Positions 8,043 to 18,312 of a DNA stretch of 32,407 nt are shown here, in pieces. Source of the DNA: a virus. Taxonomy: Duplodnaviria > Caudoviricetes. Location: the IMG/VR virus record IMGVR_UViG_3300025519_000061, positions 1 through 32,407 of that record; one strand, given 5' to 3'. The notes below the pieces were generated by a model, which saw nothing but the letters and a program-made list of their open reading frames with translations, was not told the DNA's origin and ran no database searches. A program made the translations under genes and the position numbers. Position 1 is the stretch's first letter. Each line of letters opens with the position of its first letter.

Positions 8043-9516
8043 TGTTCACACCTTCTAATGCTACTACTCTAGCAACTAAATCATCTAAATCAACCTCATT
8101 TACGACTGTAATTTTGTTTAATTTTATTTTGTCGGCTGCTATCATTAGACCATCCGTTGTAGGAGTAACAGGGCCGTAATTAGGTATTTCGTCTATTGCT
8201 GTATTCAGATTATCTATTGCTGTTTGCAAGTCAGATACCGCTTGTTCCAGTGCAGGTATATCATTTTCAGCTATTGTTTGTTGGACTTCTTTCACTGCGT
8301 TATCAACGGTGGTTAATTCGGTTTTTAAAGTTGCAATGGTCTGCGTTTGCTGATTAACTGTACTTTCTAACTCGACGACCTTTTGAGCTGATTTGTTTGC
8401 TTCGTTTTGGTACTCAGACAATGTTTTAAATTTATCGCCAATAGTCAAATCACTACTTTGTGGTTCATTGATGTTTATTGACTTTCCAATAATTCGGAGA
8501 CGTTCATCTATCCCCATGATTGGATTTTTAACTGGATGAGAGTTACCAACATCCAAATAATCAATGTCTAAACCTATTAAAAATAGGTCCAGTGCTGCTA
8601 TTTTATATTGATTTAATGATGTTTTCTGATTAGCAAACCAATCTTGTCCTTTACTTAACAGATTGTTTGGATCCGTTACATCATCCCAAGTTACCGCCCC
8701 ACCTTGTATACCAAACTCCTGTTTTAATGCTTCATTGTCGATATAAGGTACTCCATTGTTTACACTTTCAATTGTCAGTCTAGCTTCAGATGCATCTGTT
8801 GCAGTTTCATCTTCGCTTTCTACTCTTGCTCCTAATGGTGTCAATCTAGTTATAATTTCTGTTGGATCCACATCTACACTCATACTTACAAGGTTTTTAG
8901 CAATCTTGATTTCGGTTGACTTATCCTCCCCAACTCGGACTAGATAATCTAAAAAACGAACACCGTTTTCCTTTCGGATTTGAAGTTCGCCACCCAACCT
9001 GTCTATTAATTTTTCTTTGATAGTATCAAATGTACTTTTATCTGCTGAAGTATATAAATAAACATAATCGTTCGGATCAATTACCGTTACGTTTCCTATT
9101 TGGAATTGTTTGTACGTTTCTACTTGGCTATTATGATAACTAAGTAATTCAGTCAGTAATTCTTCAGGTGACCCCCTAAATTCTCGGTGTTTTTGCATGC
9201 TGTCGTGCAAATAGCCAAGTTCTCCCTCACATTCGTAAGACTCATCAAAAAGACCGCTTGAATCCATGTTTTTAGATGGACCAAGAACACGACCTTCGAA
9301 TTCATATTTATTTGTTTTCAGATTCAGGACATTAATCAAGGTCTTTAATGGCTTTATCTTTCCATATGCGGGATTGTTTAGATAAAAAGAAAAACTAAAT
9401 GAATCAATCTTATTAATCTCTTTTTTTATCGTACCAGCTGGTAGTTTTAAGTCATTTACATATGGACTATGAATAACTGTTTCTATCCCATCATTAATTA
9501 TTGTGACTTTGTACAA
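8035..9516 (-). CDS. Tal/baseplate hub (prophage tail endopeptidase family) with coiled-coil C-terminus
   Basis: Follows Dit; IITRLTPLG, SVNNGVPYI and WDDVTDPNNLL motifs. Confidence 0.85.
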   Translation of the reverse strand: MYKVTIINDGIETVIHSPYVNDLKLPAGTIKKEINKIDSFSFSFYLNNPAYGKIKPLKTLINVLNLKTNKYEFEGRVLGPSKNMDSSGLFDESYECEGELGYLHDSMQKHREFRGSPEELLTELLSYHNSQVETYKQFQIGNVTVIDPNDYVYLYTSADKSTFDTIKEKLIDRLGGELQIRKENGVRFLDYLVRVGEDKSTEIKIAKNLVSMSVDVDPTEIITRLTPLGARVESEDETATDASEARLTIESVNNGVPYIDNEALKQEFGIQGGAVTWDDVTDPNNLLSKGQDWFANQKTSLNQYKIAALDLFLIGLDIDYLDVGNSHPVKNPIMGIDERLRIIGKSININEPQSSDLTIGDKFKTLSEYQNEANKSAQKVVELESTVNQQTQTIATLKTELTTVDNAVKEVQQTIAENDIPALEQAVSDLQTAIDNLNTAIDEIPNYGPVTPTTDGLMIAADKIKLNKITVVNEVDLDDLVARVVALEGVNNG

Positions 9517-9517
9517 A

Positions 9518-10231
9518 CTAAATCAACTCCTTATAAAAAATAAAGGAGATAGTGCCATCACCATTTATCTTTAAGGTATTTTCTCCACTTTTTAGCATAA
9601 AATCTTGGTCCCTCGTTTTGCCAGGAGCAATTGTATAACTTACACCATCTTTTTCTATTGTCATTAATGCAGATGTATTAATTTCTGGTATAACATCAGG
9701 GGTTCCCGGATTAATGAGTGTAACTTCTAATGTTCCATTTACTTCAAAACCAACTGTTTGAGCCACATCTATTTCAAAATTAAAGCTATCCCAGATATCA
9801 TTCCCCTCTGGAAGTTCTGCAATCATAAACGGATATGCTATAAAGTTGACTGTTAGAGCTCCAGTATCCCAGTTTTCCCGAAAAGAAGCTTCGTTCTCGA
9901 CTTCTGCTAAAAAATAATAGCCAGGGATTGCGTCATCATAAAGTTTCTGCTTTCCATGGCTATTCATTAACCAATTAATTAAAACGGTTTTAAGGATAGT
10001 TAATTTATGTTTGGTATTTCCCTTAGGATCCACAAGATTAAAAGTATAAGATAATTTTCGTGACGTATATGTCTGCGAACCGTACATTTCGCTAAAATCA
10101 TACTCAACGTTGGAAAAAGGTACCTTTATCTTGATTTTTTCTTTTTCTGGAAATCCAATATCTCTTTCTGATATTGTAAATCCCATATCTTTAAAAGAAT
10201 GTTTTCCAAGATAATTAATTCCGTACCACAT
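9518..10231 (-). CDS. Distal tail protein (Dit)
   Basis: Follows TMP; GKHSFKDMG N-terminus and LKSGENTLKI C-terminus. Confidence 0.85.
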   Translation of the reverse strand: MWYGINYLGKHSFKDMGFTISERDIGFPEKEKIKIKVPFSNVEYDFSEMYGSQTYTSRKLSYTFNLVDPKGNTKHKLTILKTVLINWLMNSHGKQKLYDDAIPGYYFLAEVENEASFRENWDTGALTVNFIAYPFMIAELPEGNDIWDSFNFEIDVAQTVGFEVNGTLEVTLINPGTPDVIPEINTSALMTIEKDGVSYTIAPGKTRDQDFMLKSGENTLKINGDGTISFIFYKELI

Positions 10232-12702
10232 TATGCTAACCCTCTTTCAATGCGGCGTATTCTACTTCCACCTTCATCATCCGTGTAGTTACCAATAACC
10301 TTTGCAAAAGTCTTTCCATCCACCTGAAGTATAATAGGCCTTGAAGTATTGTCATTTGTTTTTTGAATATTAGAATTTAATAACTCCTGAAACGTTTCTT
10401 TCATAATACTTTTAATCATCTTTTCAGGTGCAACAATTTCAGGGTTTCCTATCCCGGCATCACCTACCATTGCAAGGGTAGGACTAGAAACAACTCCACC
10501 CTTTGCTAGCTTGGGGATAGTTGGTATATTGATACCAAATGACTTACCACCAATAACTGGTACCCAATCAGGTGCACTGAATTTGAGTTTATTTAAACCG
10601 CCTATCATGGTATTGATTCCTCCAATGATTCGGTTGATAAATCCCTTTATAGTTGACCATATACCAGACCAAATACCAGATATTCGGCTTTTCACACCTT
10701 CAAAAGCCTTAATAATTCCATTTTTGATATTGTTAAATATATTCGTAGCTGTATTTTTAATATTATTCCAGGTATTTGCAAAAAATGTTTTTATTCCATT
10801 CCAAACGTTAGATACAGATGTTTTTAAATTATTAAACGCAGATACAATCGAATCTTTAACATTATTAAATATAGTAAAAGCTGTATTTTTAATGTTGTTC
10901 CAAGTATTAGAGAAAAATTGCTTAATAGCATTCCAAATTTCTGACGCTTTCGATTTAATATTTTCCCACGTTTGTACAATCCAATCTTTTACAGCCGTCC
11001 AAATTTCAACTGCTTTTGCCTTGACCGTGTCCCAGTTTTTCCAAAGTGCGACGCCAATTGCGATTAATGCGCCTATGACACCAATTGCTATCAAAACTGG
11101 TGCTGCAATTGCTCCTATACTTATCCCTAATGCTCCTGCTGCCATTGACAGTGCGGTGATAATTGGCGAGATAGCTAAGAATATTCCCATCAAAATACCA
11201 AGTACAGTAACAATAGCGGTGATTGTTGCTACTAGAGTTGGATTGTTTTGGACCCATTCAGCGATCTTTGATATTATGTCAGCGATAAATACTAATACCG
11301 GTTCTAAAGCTATTTTTAAATCACTTAATGCTTTTTTAAACTCAACGGTTGGGGATGAATCTACCTTTTTTACAGACTCATTTAATTGATCTTGATTTTC
11401 TTTCGCGGTAGTGAGATGGTCATTCATGCCAAGTATGGTATCGGTTATATTCTCGCCTTGGTCTTCCCACATAGTGCCAAATATTTGCACTCCTAGGGCA
11501 TTTCGAGTCGCTTCATTCTTAACACCTACTAAAGCCTTTGCCACTTCTTGCATGGCTTTATTTCCTTTATCTCCGCCTTCTGCAACTGCTGCTCCCCAAT
11601 CTTGTAATTGTTTTGTGGATATGTCAGTATTGGCCAATAAGTCTTGAGTTGCCTTAGGCACTTCCGCACCAAACTCAGCTAAACGGATACGTCCTTCTTT
11701 TAGGCCATCAAGTAAGTTATCAATGTTCCAAGTTCCGGTATCAACCCCAGCTGCCATTATTGCCTGAATTTCTTCAGCATTATATCCTGCTCGTTTTAAT
11801 TGGCCTCCATATTCCGAAATTATATCAATTTGTTCGGGCGGGAATCCTATTTCTAAAAGCCTGTTTGTTAAACCAAGGGCTTCCTCGTTAGAAATTCCCA
11901 TTTCCCTAGACATTTCATTAACTTCTTGAATTAACTCTGTAAAATCCACACCCGAATAAGCCGCTGTAATTGCTCCAGCACCCTTTATAATAGCTGTATT
12001 TGCTTCATCGCTTGCATCTTTATTTAATGCCCATTGACGCCTTACACCTTCCAGTGCTGCTTCCGCATCTACACCATAAGCACTTACGGTATTAATAGCT
12101 TCCTTTATGGCTTTCTTTGATTCCTCTGGAACTTCAAAGGATATATCAATTTTTGTATTTAGTTCCGATACGTCGAATGACTTTTCGATTACTCCGGCAA
12201 TTCCTCCACCTGCAGCAGCACCGGCAATCATGTTTCCTAGTTCTGTTCCAACACTTTTTATTTCCTCTTTAGCATTATCCGCTTCTTTAGAAACCTGTTG
12301 GAAATCTTTTTTCAAATTTTGCGGCGCATTTGTATCATCAATTGTGGATAGTTCTTTTTTAAAGCTATCTAATTTGCTTTCTGTTTGAATAATTTCTCGT
12401 TGAAATGCCCGATATTGATCAGCACCGATTTCGCCAGATTTATATTGTTGTTCTACTTGTTCTTGCGCTTTTTTTAGTGTATTGAGCTTTTCTGTTGTAT
12501 TTTCAACTTGTTGAGTAAGAATTTGTTGTTTTTGGGCTAACAACTCAATGTTTCCAGGGTTAAATTTTAGAGCAGACTCAACTTCTCTAAGTTCACTAGA
12601 CAAATCACGACTTCGTTTATTCACATCTTGTAGCGCCTTATCGAGACCTTTTGTTTCTCCGTCAAGTTCGATTGTAATACCTTTTATCCGCTTATTTGCC
12701 AT
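10231..12702 (-). CDS. Tape measure protein
   Basis: IKGITIELDGET N-terminus, hydrophobic segment, periodic Trp/Phe repeats, LAKGGVV...MVGDAG motif. Confidence 0.93.
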   Translation of the reverse strand: MANKRIKGITIELDGETKGLDKALQDVNKRSRDLSSELREVESALKFNPGNIELLAQKQQILTQQVENTTEKLNTLKKAQEQVEQQYKSGEIGADQYRAFQREIIQTESKLDSFKKELSTIDDTNAPQNLKKDFQQVSKEADNAKEEIKSVGTELGNMIAGAAAGGGIAGVIEKSFDVSELNTKIDISFEVPEESKKAIKEAINTVSAYGVDAEAALEGVRRQWALNKDASDEANTAIIKGAGAITAAYSGVDFTELIQEVNEMSREMGISNEEALGLTNRLLEIGFPPEQIDIISEYGGQLKRAGYNAEEIQAIMAAGVDTGTWNIDNLLDGLKEGRIRLAEFGAEVPKATQDLLANTDISTKQLQDWGAAVAEGGDKGNKAMQEVAKALVGVKNEATRNALGVQIFGTMWEDQGENITDTILGMNDHLTTAKENQDQLNESVKKVDSSPTVEFKKALSDLKIALEPVLVFIADIISKIAEWVQNNPTLVATITAIVTVLGILMGIFLAISPIITALSMAAGALGISIGAIAAPVLIAIGVIGALIAIGVALWKNWDTVKAKAVEIWTAVKDWIVQTWENIKSKASEIWNAIKQFFSNTWNNIKNTAFTIFNNVKDSIVSAFNNLKTSVSNVWNGIKTFFANTWNNIKNTATNIFNNIKNGIIKAFEGVKSRISGIWSGIWSTIKGFINRIIGGINTMIGGLNKLKFSAPDWVPVIGGKSFGINIPTIPKLAKGGVVSSPTLAMVGDAGIGNPEIVAPEKMIKSIMKETFQELLNSNIQKTNDNTSRPIILQVDGKTFAKVIGNYTDDEGGSRIRRIERGLA

Positions 12703-12717
12703 GGTCTCACCTCGCTT

Positions 12718-12921
12718 TTAAAAACGGTCAAAATCTGCTTGTGTTGCTTTTCTCTTTTTCTTTTCCTTTTTTGGTTTCATAAAATCTGTAAACTCATCTA
12801 TATAATCAAGACAAACTCCAATGTCCATCATTTCCATATCATCAGGTGTCAGTTTAGATAGCTTACATAACAATAAAAAAGAATCGGTTGTGATGTAATC
12901 ACCTTCCGATTCTTCACCTAC
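12718..12921 (-). CDS. Tail assembly chaperone -1 frameshift extension (gpGT-like)
   Basis: A AAA AAG slippery site just before the TAG. The -1 frame reads VGEESEGDY...RKATQADFDRF* and ends just before TMP. Confidence 0.85.
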   Translation of the reverse strand, partial: VGEESEGDYITTDSFLLLCKLSKLTPDDMEMMDIGVCLDYIDEFTDFMKPKKEKKKRKATQADFDRF

Positions 12922-13259
12922 TTTTTTTTAGTTTTAAATTGATGTACTAGCAATTCCTGTACAGTTTCCATAACTTCCTCAAGAGGAAATTTATCAAACC
13001 CATCTAACCATTGTATTGGTTCAGGGATACTTGGATCTGCCGTCTTTGCATACACCCAAATCAGGTTATAAAAAACTGTCATATCAAGTTTTTCTAGTAC
13101 TTCATAATTTTCCTTTTTTGGGTCAAACTTAGTTAAAGTGTGCATTTTTAAAATGTCACTAAAAAAATCGCGTCCGAACTGCGTTTTATAACGAATAGGG
13201 GTTGCGGCATTAGACCGTAACCTCACTTGTTTTCCATCTATTTCTATTGTTTTCTCCAT
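12918..13259 (-). CDS. Tail assembly chaperone (gpG-like)
   Basis: MEKTIEIDGKQVRL...YKTQFGRDFF; lies between MTP and TMP. Confidence 0.88.
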   Translation of the reverse strand: MEKTIEIDGKQVRLRSNAATPIRYKTQFGRDFFSDILKMHTLTKFDPKKENYEVLEKLDMTVFYNLIWVYAKTADPSIPEPIQWLDGFDKFPLEEVMETVQELLVHQFKTKKK

Positions 13260-13861
13260 TATTCTTCCCCTCCTGCATTGCCTCCATCAGTAGACCCAGG
13301 TGTCCATACACTTTGGAACCAACCATTATAAATGGCATCAGGAGTCGCAAAAGTGGTACTTACCTTAACAATAGGACGTTGATTAATCACAATTGGTGTT
13401 GCTTTATATGTTAATTCTGTCGGATTTGGTTCTGTCGAATCTGTTTTAGTGGTTGAAGAAAGACTCGGACGTCTTGCATTACAATTAAACATTACATGAC
13501 GGCGTGCTTTAACGTCGTTTTCAAATTGAAATAGTAATGCAAATGGTTTTGTTTGTACATCCGCATATTCCATCAATACTTTGTCTGTATCATCTAGTTC
13601 TTCTTTTAAAATATCTTGTTTGAATGAATCTGGTAACCTAGCAATACTAAGTGTCCCCTCATAGCCTTGGTTATTGTCTGCATAGTAATAAACCATATTA
13701 TCCGCATAAAATTCGATTGGGTCACCAACTGGGTCATTTGTCATTTCCACTGCACCTGGAATAGCAATAGGTTTTTCGAATGTAATAATACCACCCTCAA
13801 TAGTATAAGGAGCATAATGAACGTTACTCAAACCATAAACAATTTTTTCTTCTGTTGGCAT
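13259..13861 (-). CDS. Major tail protein (phi13 family)
   Basis: YGLSNVHYA, FYADN, NNQGYEG and FALLFQF motifs. Confidence 0.92.
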   Translation of the reverse strand: MPTEEKIVYGLSNVHYAPYTIEGGIITFEKPIAIPGAVEMTNDPVGDPIEFYADNMVYYYADNNQGYEGTLSIARLPDSFKQDILKEELDDTDKVLMEYADVQTKPFALLFQFENDVKARRHVMFNCNARRPSLSSTTKTDSTEPNPTELTYKATPIVINQRPIVKVSTTFATPDAIYNGWFQSVWTPGSTDGGNAGGEE

Positions 13862-14191
13862 TTATATCAACCTCACTTCGTATAGTTTTTGATACATCTT
13901 TTCAGATTCGATATACGCTTCATACGAATTCCACGGAATTTCATATAAGTCTAGTAAATTCTCCAATTTTTGTTCAGCTTCGAAATCTTTGAAATCAGTG
14001 TAAAGCTCAATGTCAACACTGCTAATTTTGTGATACGTTTTATTGTCCGCCATGAAGTTGTCTGTTTGCGGGAGCACATAACAAATAAATGGCGGGTCAG
14101 GTGCCGGATTCGTTTCAGTTGATTCAAAATGTGAATAGGTTACGGGATAACCGGTAGCCTTCAAAATATTGACTAATTCAAGTACCGTCAT
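13862..14191 (-). CDS. Tail completion/terminator protein
   Basis: Position; PPFICY, ADNK and IELYTD motifs. Confidence 0.75.
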   Translation of the reverse strand: MTVLELVNILKATGYPVTYSHFESTETNPAPDPPFICYVLPQTDNFMADNKTYHKISSVDIELYTDFKDFEAEQKLENLLDLYEIPWNSYEAYIESEKMYQKLYEVRLI

Positions 14192-14544
14192 CCTCTAATC
14201 ACCTTCTCGATACGACTCTCAAACTCTTCTATAGCTTTTTGTTCGACAGGCGCAATATGCGGTTTTCCCGGCACACGTCCGCCACCGCGTTTTGCGTGAC
14301 CACGTTCAAGCAAGTGTGTCAACGAATATCCAGTAGCATTATGGATGACTTGTGCTGTACCCACCTTAGACCTTTTCCAGCCTTTTGCGTATTCACCGGT
14401 ATCTTTTGGACTCTTTTGCTTAAGTTCTTTTACTGCTTCTTTCGCTACTTCAATCTTTTCTTTCTCTATTTGTTCTGAAACTGCCGTAGTATAAACCTCT
14501 AAGGCAGATACAATTTCTTTTGTTAAATCCTTAATTTTAACCAT
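14188..14544 (-). CDS. HK97 gp10-family neck protein
   Basis: SPKDTGEYAKGW and LTHLLERGH motifs. The start is approximate. Confidence 0.85.
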   Translation of the reverse strand: MVKIKDLTKEIVSALEVYTTAVSEQIEKEKIEVAKEAVKELKQKSPKDTGEYAKGWKRSKVGTAQVIHNATGYSLTHLLERGHAKRGGGRVPGKPHIAPVEQKAIEEFESRIEKVIRG

Positions 14545-14848
14545 GGACATCACGCTCACATGTAAGTTCTACTAGTTTAAAGTCACTTGTAAATGTTCTA
14601 ATAACTCTATATTTTGTTCCTGTAAACACAACTTTTCTCTCACCGTTATATTCAAAGTAGTGGAGGACAAAAATAATTTCAGGCTTTAAACCTGTAGCAT
14701 AAGCACCATAAAATTCATTACGACCTATTGATTTTACACTACATAAAACAGTTTTCCTCGACTCTACTGTTCGCTGACTTTTTAAACTATCGCTAACAAC
14801 AGTTTCTGATACCAAATCCAACTCATGATCAAATCTCACGGACATCAC
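14537..14848 (-). CDS. Head closure protein
   Basis: SIGRNEFY, EYNGER and YRVIRT motifs; position. Confidence 0.8.
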   Translation of the reverse strand: MMSVRFDHELDLVSETVVSDSLKSQRTVESRKTVLCSVKSIGRNEFYGAYATGLKPEIIFVLHYFEYNGERKVVFTGTKYRVIRTFTSDFKLVELTCERDVHG

Positions 14849-15114
14849 CCTGACGCTAATTGCGTAACTAATGTAAAAAAAGCAGGAGAGAATTTGATTT
14901 CCCCTGCTTCAGAATCCCACAAGTCATTTACTCCCATGACAATAACACCAATGGCCAATTCACCATTCATGTTTTCATCGGTTACACCTGCATTTTTCAA
15001 AAATGCTTTTACAGATAAAACCTTTTGCTTTATCACTGGATCTATTTTTTCATTTGGATCAGTTGAAATACCTAATCCTTTTTTCACCTCAATAACAAGC
15101 TCATCCGTTGTCAT
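14845..15114 (-). CDS. Head-tail adaptor (HK97 gp6-like)
   Basis: ~90 aa directly after the capsid gene; FLKNAGV motif. Confidence 0.75.
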   Translation of the reverse strand: MTTDELVIEVKKGLGISTDPNEKIDPVIKQKVLSVKAFLKNAGVTDENMNGELAIGVIVMGVNDLWDSEAGEIKFSPAFFTLVTQLASG

Positions 15115-15126
15115 CTACCCACCACC

Positions 15127-16395
15127 TTATTCGGTAGCTTTTTTCTTAATTAAGACCACTCCGTTTTTATCTGCAAGTTTACCATCGGCAATTAATGTTG
15201 ATTTGCTAATCCATTCATCAGTATCCTCGTTAAAGTAACGTTTGAATGTCATCTGCATATTACTATTCACCATGTAATCCGATAGTTTCACTAAGATACC
15301 AACTACTTCACCATCTGCAGCATCATCAATGGATGGCAACAATTCTTCAACCGGAATTACGTCTTTACCTAACAATTTTTCTTGGATAGTTCCATCTAAA
15401 CCATATGTTACACGTGCAATTGGTTGACCATTTGCATCAGTCATACCTTCAATATACTTTGTCCAGTCTGCATCAGCCATAATTAAGACTGCGCCGCTCC
15501 GATAACTACGAGGCAACTTACCAAATACAGTTGTCCAAGTTTCGTAATTTCCAAAATCAGCAGGATCTAGTTCAACAATTTGTTTTACTGGAATAGTATC
15601 ATTTACAATACCCAACGGCTGCCCTTCTCCAGTACCATTAATAATAGCCTCTTCTAACGCAACAATCATAGCTTCATAGATATTGTCTGATACAGTTTGT
15701 TCGAAAACAGGTAAAGATACTGTTTCAGCAACTAATTCTACAGCTACACGTACTTGCAATTTGTGATAAGAAAAGGAAATTGTTCCTGATGTTGCTTTCT
15801 TTTGTTTTTCTGCAACACTTCCTGCGGCAACCCAAGTTGCTTTAGGTTTTGCATTTGAAAGTGGAATTTGTAAGCCACCTTGAAGACTTGTTTTAGTAAC
15901 ACGCGACCAAATTCGACCATAATCTTTTAATTTCTCTACGATTCTATTCAAAATCGTAGTTGGGATGACTGCCCCAATATCTCCTGTTCCAGTTGTCGCA
16001 TCGGCTCGAAATTCAAGATTTTGGGAACGAACACCACGAGTCACATAATCCATAAATGCAGAACGATATTCAAGTGTATCAAATCGATCTGTAGCACGTT
16101 GTTCATTTTGATTTTGTTTTTGACCATTCAGTCCATATGCTCCCAAAATATTTACTGGACCTTGAGGTTGGTTTCGTTGTTGTGGATCTCCTGCACCTCC
16201 AGATTGATTATCGTTAACTTCATCTGGAATCTCATCAATCATACTTCGTAATTCAGCGATTTCAGCATTCAATGTTTCCAATTCTGCATTAATACTACGT
16301 AGTTCGGCAACTGAATCAGTTGTCTGTGCTTGAGTACCAAGTGCTTGTTTTCTTTCTTCTTTCTTTTGTAATAATGCTTGTAATTTTTTCTTCAT
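15127..16395 (-). CDS. Major capsid protein (HK97 fold, with N-terminal delta/scaffold domain)
   Basis: Coiled-coil N-terminus; GAVIPTTI and AIINGTGEGQPLGI motifs. Confidence 0.95.
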   Translation of the reverse strand: MKKKLQALLQKKEERKQALGTQAQTTDSVAELRSINAELETLNAEIAELRSMIDEIPDEVNDNQSGGAGDPQQRNQPQGPVNILGAYGLNGQKQNQNEQRATDRFDTLEYRSAFMDYVTRGVRSQNLEFRADATTGTGDIGAVIPTTILNRIVEKLKDYGRIWSRVTKTSLQGGLQIPLSNAKPKATWVAAGSVAEKQKKATSGTISFSYHKLQVRVAVELVAETVSLPVFEQTVSDNIYEAMIVALEEAIINGTGEGQPLGIVNDTIPVKQIVELDPADFGNYETWTTVFGKLPRSYRSGAVLIMADADWTKYIEGMTDANGQPIARVTYGLDGTIQEKLLGKDVIPVEELLPSIDDAADGEVVGILVKLSDYMVNSNMQMTFKRYFNEDTDEWISKSTLIADGKLADKNGVVLIKKKATE

Positions 16396-16399
16396 GTAT

Positions 16400-17056
16400 T
16401 TATTCCTCCATTTTAAGTAAAATTTGAGATCTAATTTTTAATAGTTCAAGCTCGTTTTTCGAGTTATCCAACTGAGACCGGGCATTCTCCAATGCCTTTG
16501 CCGCATTATCCAATACAGCTTGGTCACGAGCATTTATGTCAGTTCCGGTATATGCCGGAAAATTGACCGCACTTACTTCAATAACTTTTTTGATTTTTTG
16601 AATTCGCCTGGTGGGCATTTCACTTTCAAGGTCTTCCCATTTTTCTTCATCAACATAAAAAATAAAAGACATCCCGTCGATGTCCCCTCTTTTTATAGCA
16701 CTATATAAAGACCTAGCTTCATTGTTATTTTCCACATCAAGATTTGCCTTGATATAGAGTCCTTTATCGTCCAAGACTAACTGCATTGTAGAATTACCGT
16801 TATTCCTCCGACTCCTTGCCAGCGGAATTTTTTTTAAATCATGATTCACACTAAATAGCACATCAGTAAAATCACACCCATCAAAGGCACCCCGTTCAAT
16901 GATTTCGTTAAACCATCCGCCAATATTTGTTATCTGATCATAGATTGCCGGATGACCTTCAATATAATTTCCCTCATCAACTGCCCGTAGATCCATCAAT
17001 CCAAAATTTCTTACAACAGGCAGCTCTTTTTTGGGTAACTTATTCCGATTATTCAC
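16400..17056 (-). CDS. HK97-type prohead protease
   Basis: EIIERGAF, NHD, GMSFIF and EVSAVNFPAY motifs. Confidence 0.95.
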   Translation of the reverse strand: MNNRNKLPKKELPVVRNFGLMDLRAVDEGNYIEGHPAIYDQITNIGGWFNEIIERGAFDGCDFTDVLFSVNHDLKKIPLARSRRNNGNSTMQLVLDDKGLYIKANLDVENNNEARSLYSAIKRGDIDGMSFIFYVDEEKWEDLESEMPTRRIQKIKKVIEVSAVNFPAYTGTDINARDQAVLDNAAKALENARSQLDNSKNELELLKIRSQILLKMEE

Positions 17057-18308
17057 TATTGTTTTTCCCTCCCTGAGTTGTAGTATTTATTCTCTTCATT
17101 TGATATGCATTTGCCAAACTTACATCAATATAGTTTAGGGACATTGTCCTTCTATCTCCACCCTCAATAGGAGGGTAACCAAGTAATGCTAATTTTTGAT
17201 TATCAGTTAATAAACCCTGTTCACCGGCTGTTTTTATCAAGTTCAATTTTGCGTTTGTACTTAAGTACATCATGTCGCGTTGATAAAAAATTATTTCATT
17301 GCCAACATCAAGCTCTCTAGGTGTGAATAATGTTTTTGAAAAAGCTTGTCCTAAGTTGATCACAACTGATTCCAATGTTTTTTCATAAAACGCCTGGTAT
17401 TGATCATCATTAAAATCGCCTGATAAAATGGGTAAGGAAACTCCGTAATATCGAAGGATTTTATTATCAAGAAACTCCAATGTATCTTTATCTACCAATT
17501 TAGGATCTGGTTTTAAGTCAATATAATCGCTTTTTAAATCCATTGGTATAATGCCAGATTTTCCACTGGCAATTGCCTTTTCAAACTTCTCTCTTTCAGC
17601 TTGCATTTTAGGATCCTCAAGCATGGTATTTACTTTTATAATTCCTCTAATGGAAAGACTGGATTTCACAGCCTTTTCTAAACCTTGTAACAAAGTGTCA
17701 TTGATATGTAGAACCTTAAGTAAGGCTGTGTTGTCGGGCTGACCGTTAACTCCACCACCCATGATGTCATTTGCCCCAAATCGTTTTCGCAAATGAATTA
17801 CATCTGAATAGCGTAGAGTAAATTTTTCACCACTAGCAAACCGCATTTCTATAAATAACTCATTCGTTGAATCTTGTAAAAAAGTGACGATGGTAGGGTT
17901 TAGTGGATAAAATCCAGTATATTCCTTGTATTGATTTCCACTCGTATCTGTTTTTATTTCATACATTGGATAGATGAATACATTTAGATTTGTATATAAA
18001 AGCCAGGTTACTTTATATAAAAATTCACTTGTTGTCATGAGTTCATTCGGAGCAAATTTAAACAATCTATTAATACTACCCTTAACCACTGATTGCATTC
18101 CGTTGTTATCGGTCCTTATATGTTTCGGTCTAAGCTTACTAATCTCAGAAGCTATAACATCAACACACATCTGAACCACATCGGAGGCGTATATATTTTG
18201 CCCAAATTGTGTAAAAATTGGGCTGTATCCATCTAACATTTTTGCTTGCTCATAATATTGTGTATTTGATGATGAAAATAAGCCCTTGAAAAAATCTTTG
18301 AAAGCCAA
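17049..18308 (-). CDS. Portal protein (HK97 family)
   Basis: PNELMT and DVIHLR motifs; lies between TerL and the protease. Confidence 0.93.
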   Translation of the reverse strand: MAFKDFFKGLFSSSNTQYYEQAKMLDGYSPIFTQFGQNIYASDVVQMCVDVIASEISKLRPKHIRTDNNGMQSVVKGSINRLFKFAPNELMTTSEFLYKVTWLLYTNLNVFIYPMYEIKTDTSGNQYKEYTGFYPLNPTIVTFLQDSTNELFIEMRFASGEKFTLRYSDVIHLRKRFGANDIMGGGVNGQPDNTALLKVLHINDTLLQGLEKAVKSSLSIRGIIKVNTMLEDPKMQAEREKFEKAIASGKSGIIPMDLKSDYIDLKPDPKLVDKDTLEFLDNKILRYYGVSLPILSGDFNDDQYQAFYEKTLESVVINLGQAFSKTLFTPRELDVGNEIIFYQRDMMYLSTNAKLNLIKTAGEQGLLTDNQKLALLGYPPIEGGDRRTMSLNYIDVSLANAYQMKRINTTTQGGKNNSE

Positions 18309-18312
18309 TTAA

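Noticed and set aside
10680-11060. Periodic repeats in the tape measure gene
   Set aside because: Ordinary Trp/Phe 11/22-residue TMP repeats.
10511-11389. 292-aa plus-strand ORF and other plus-strand ORFs across structural genes
   Set aside because: Antisense shadows of well-supported minus-strand phage genes, with no independent signals.
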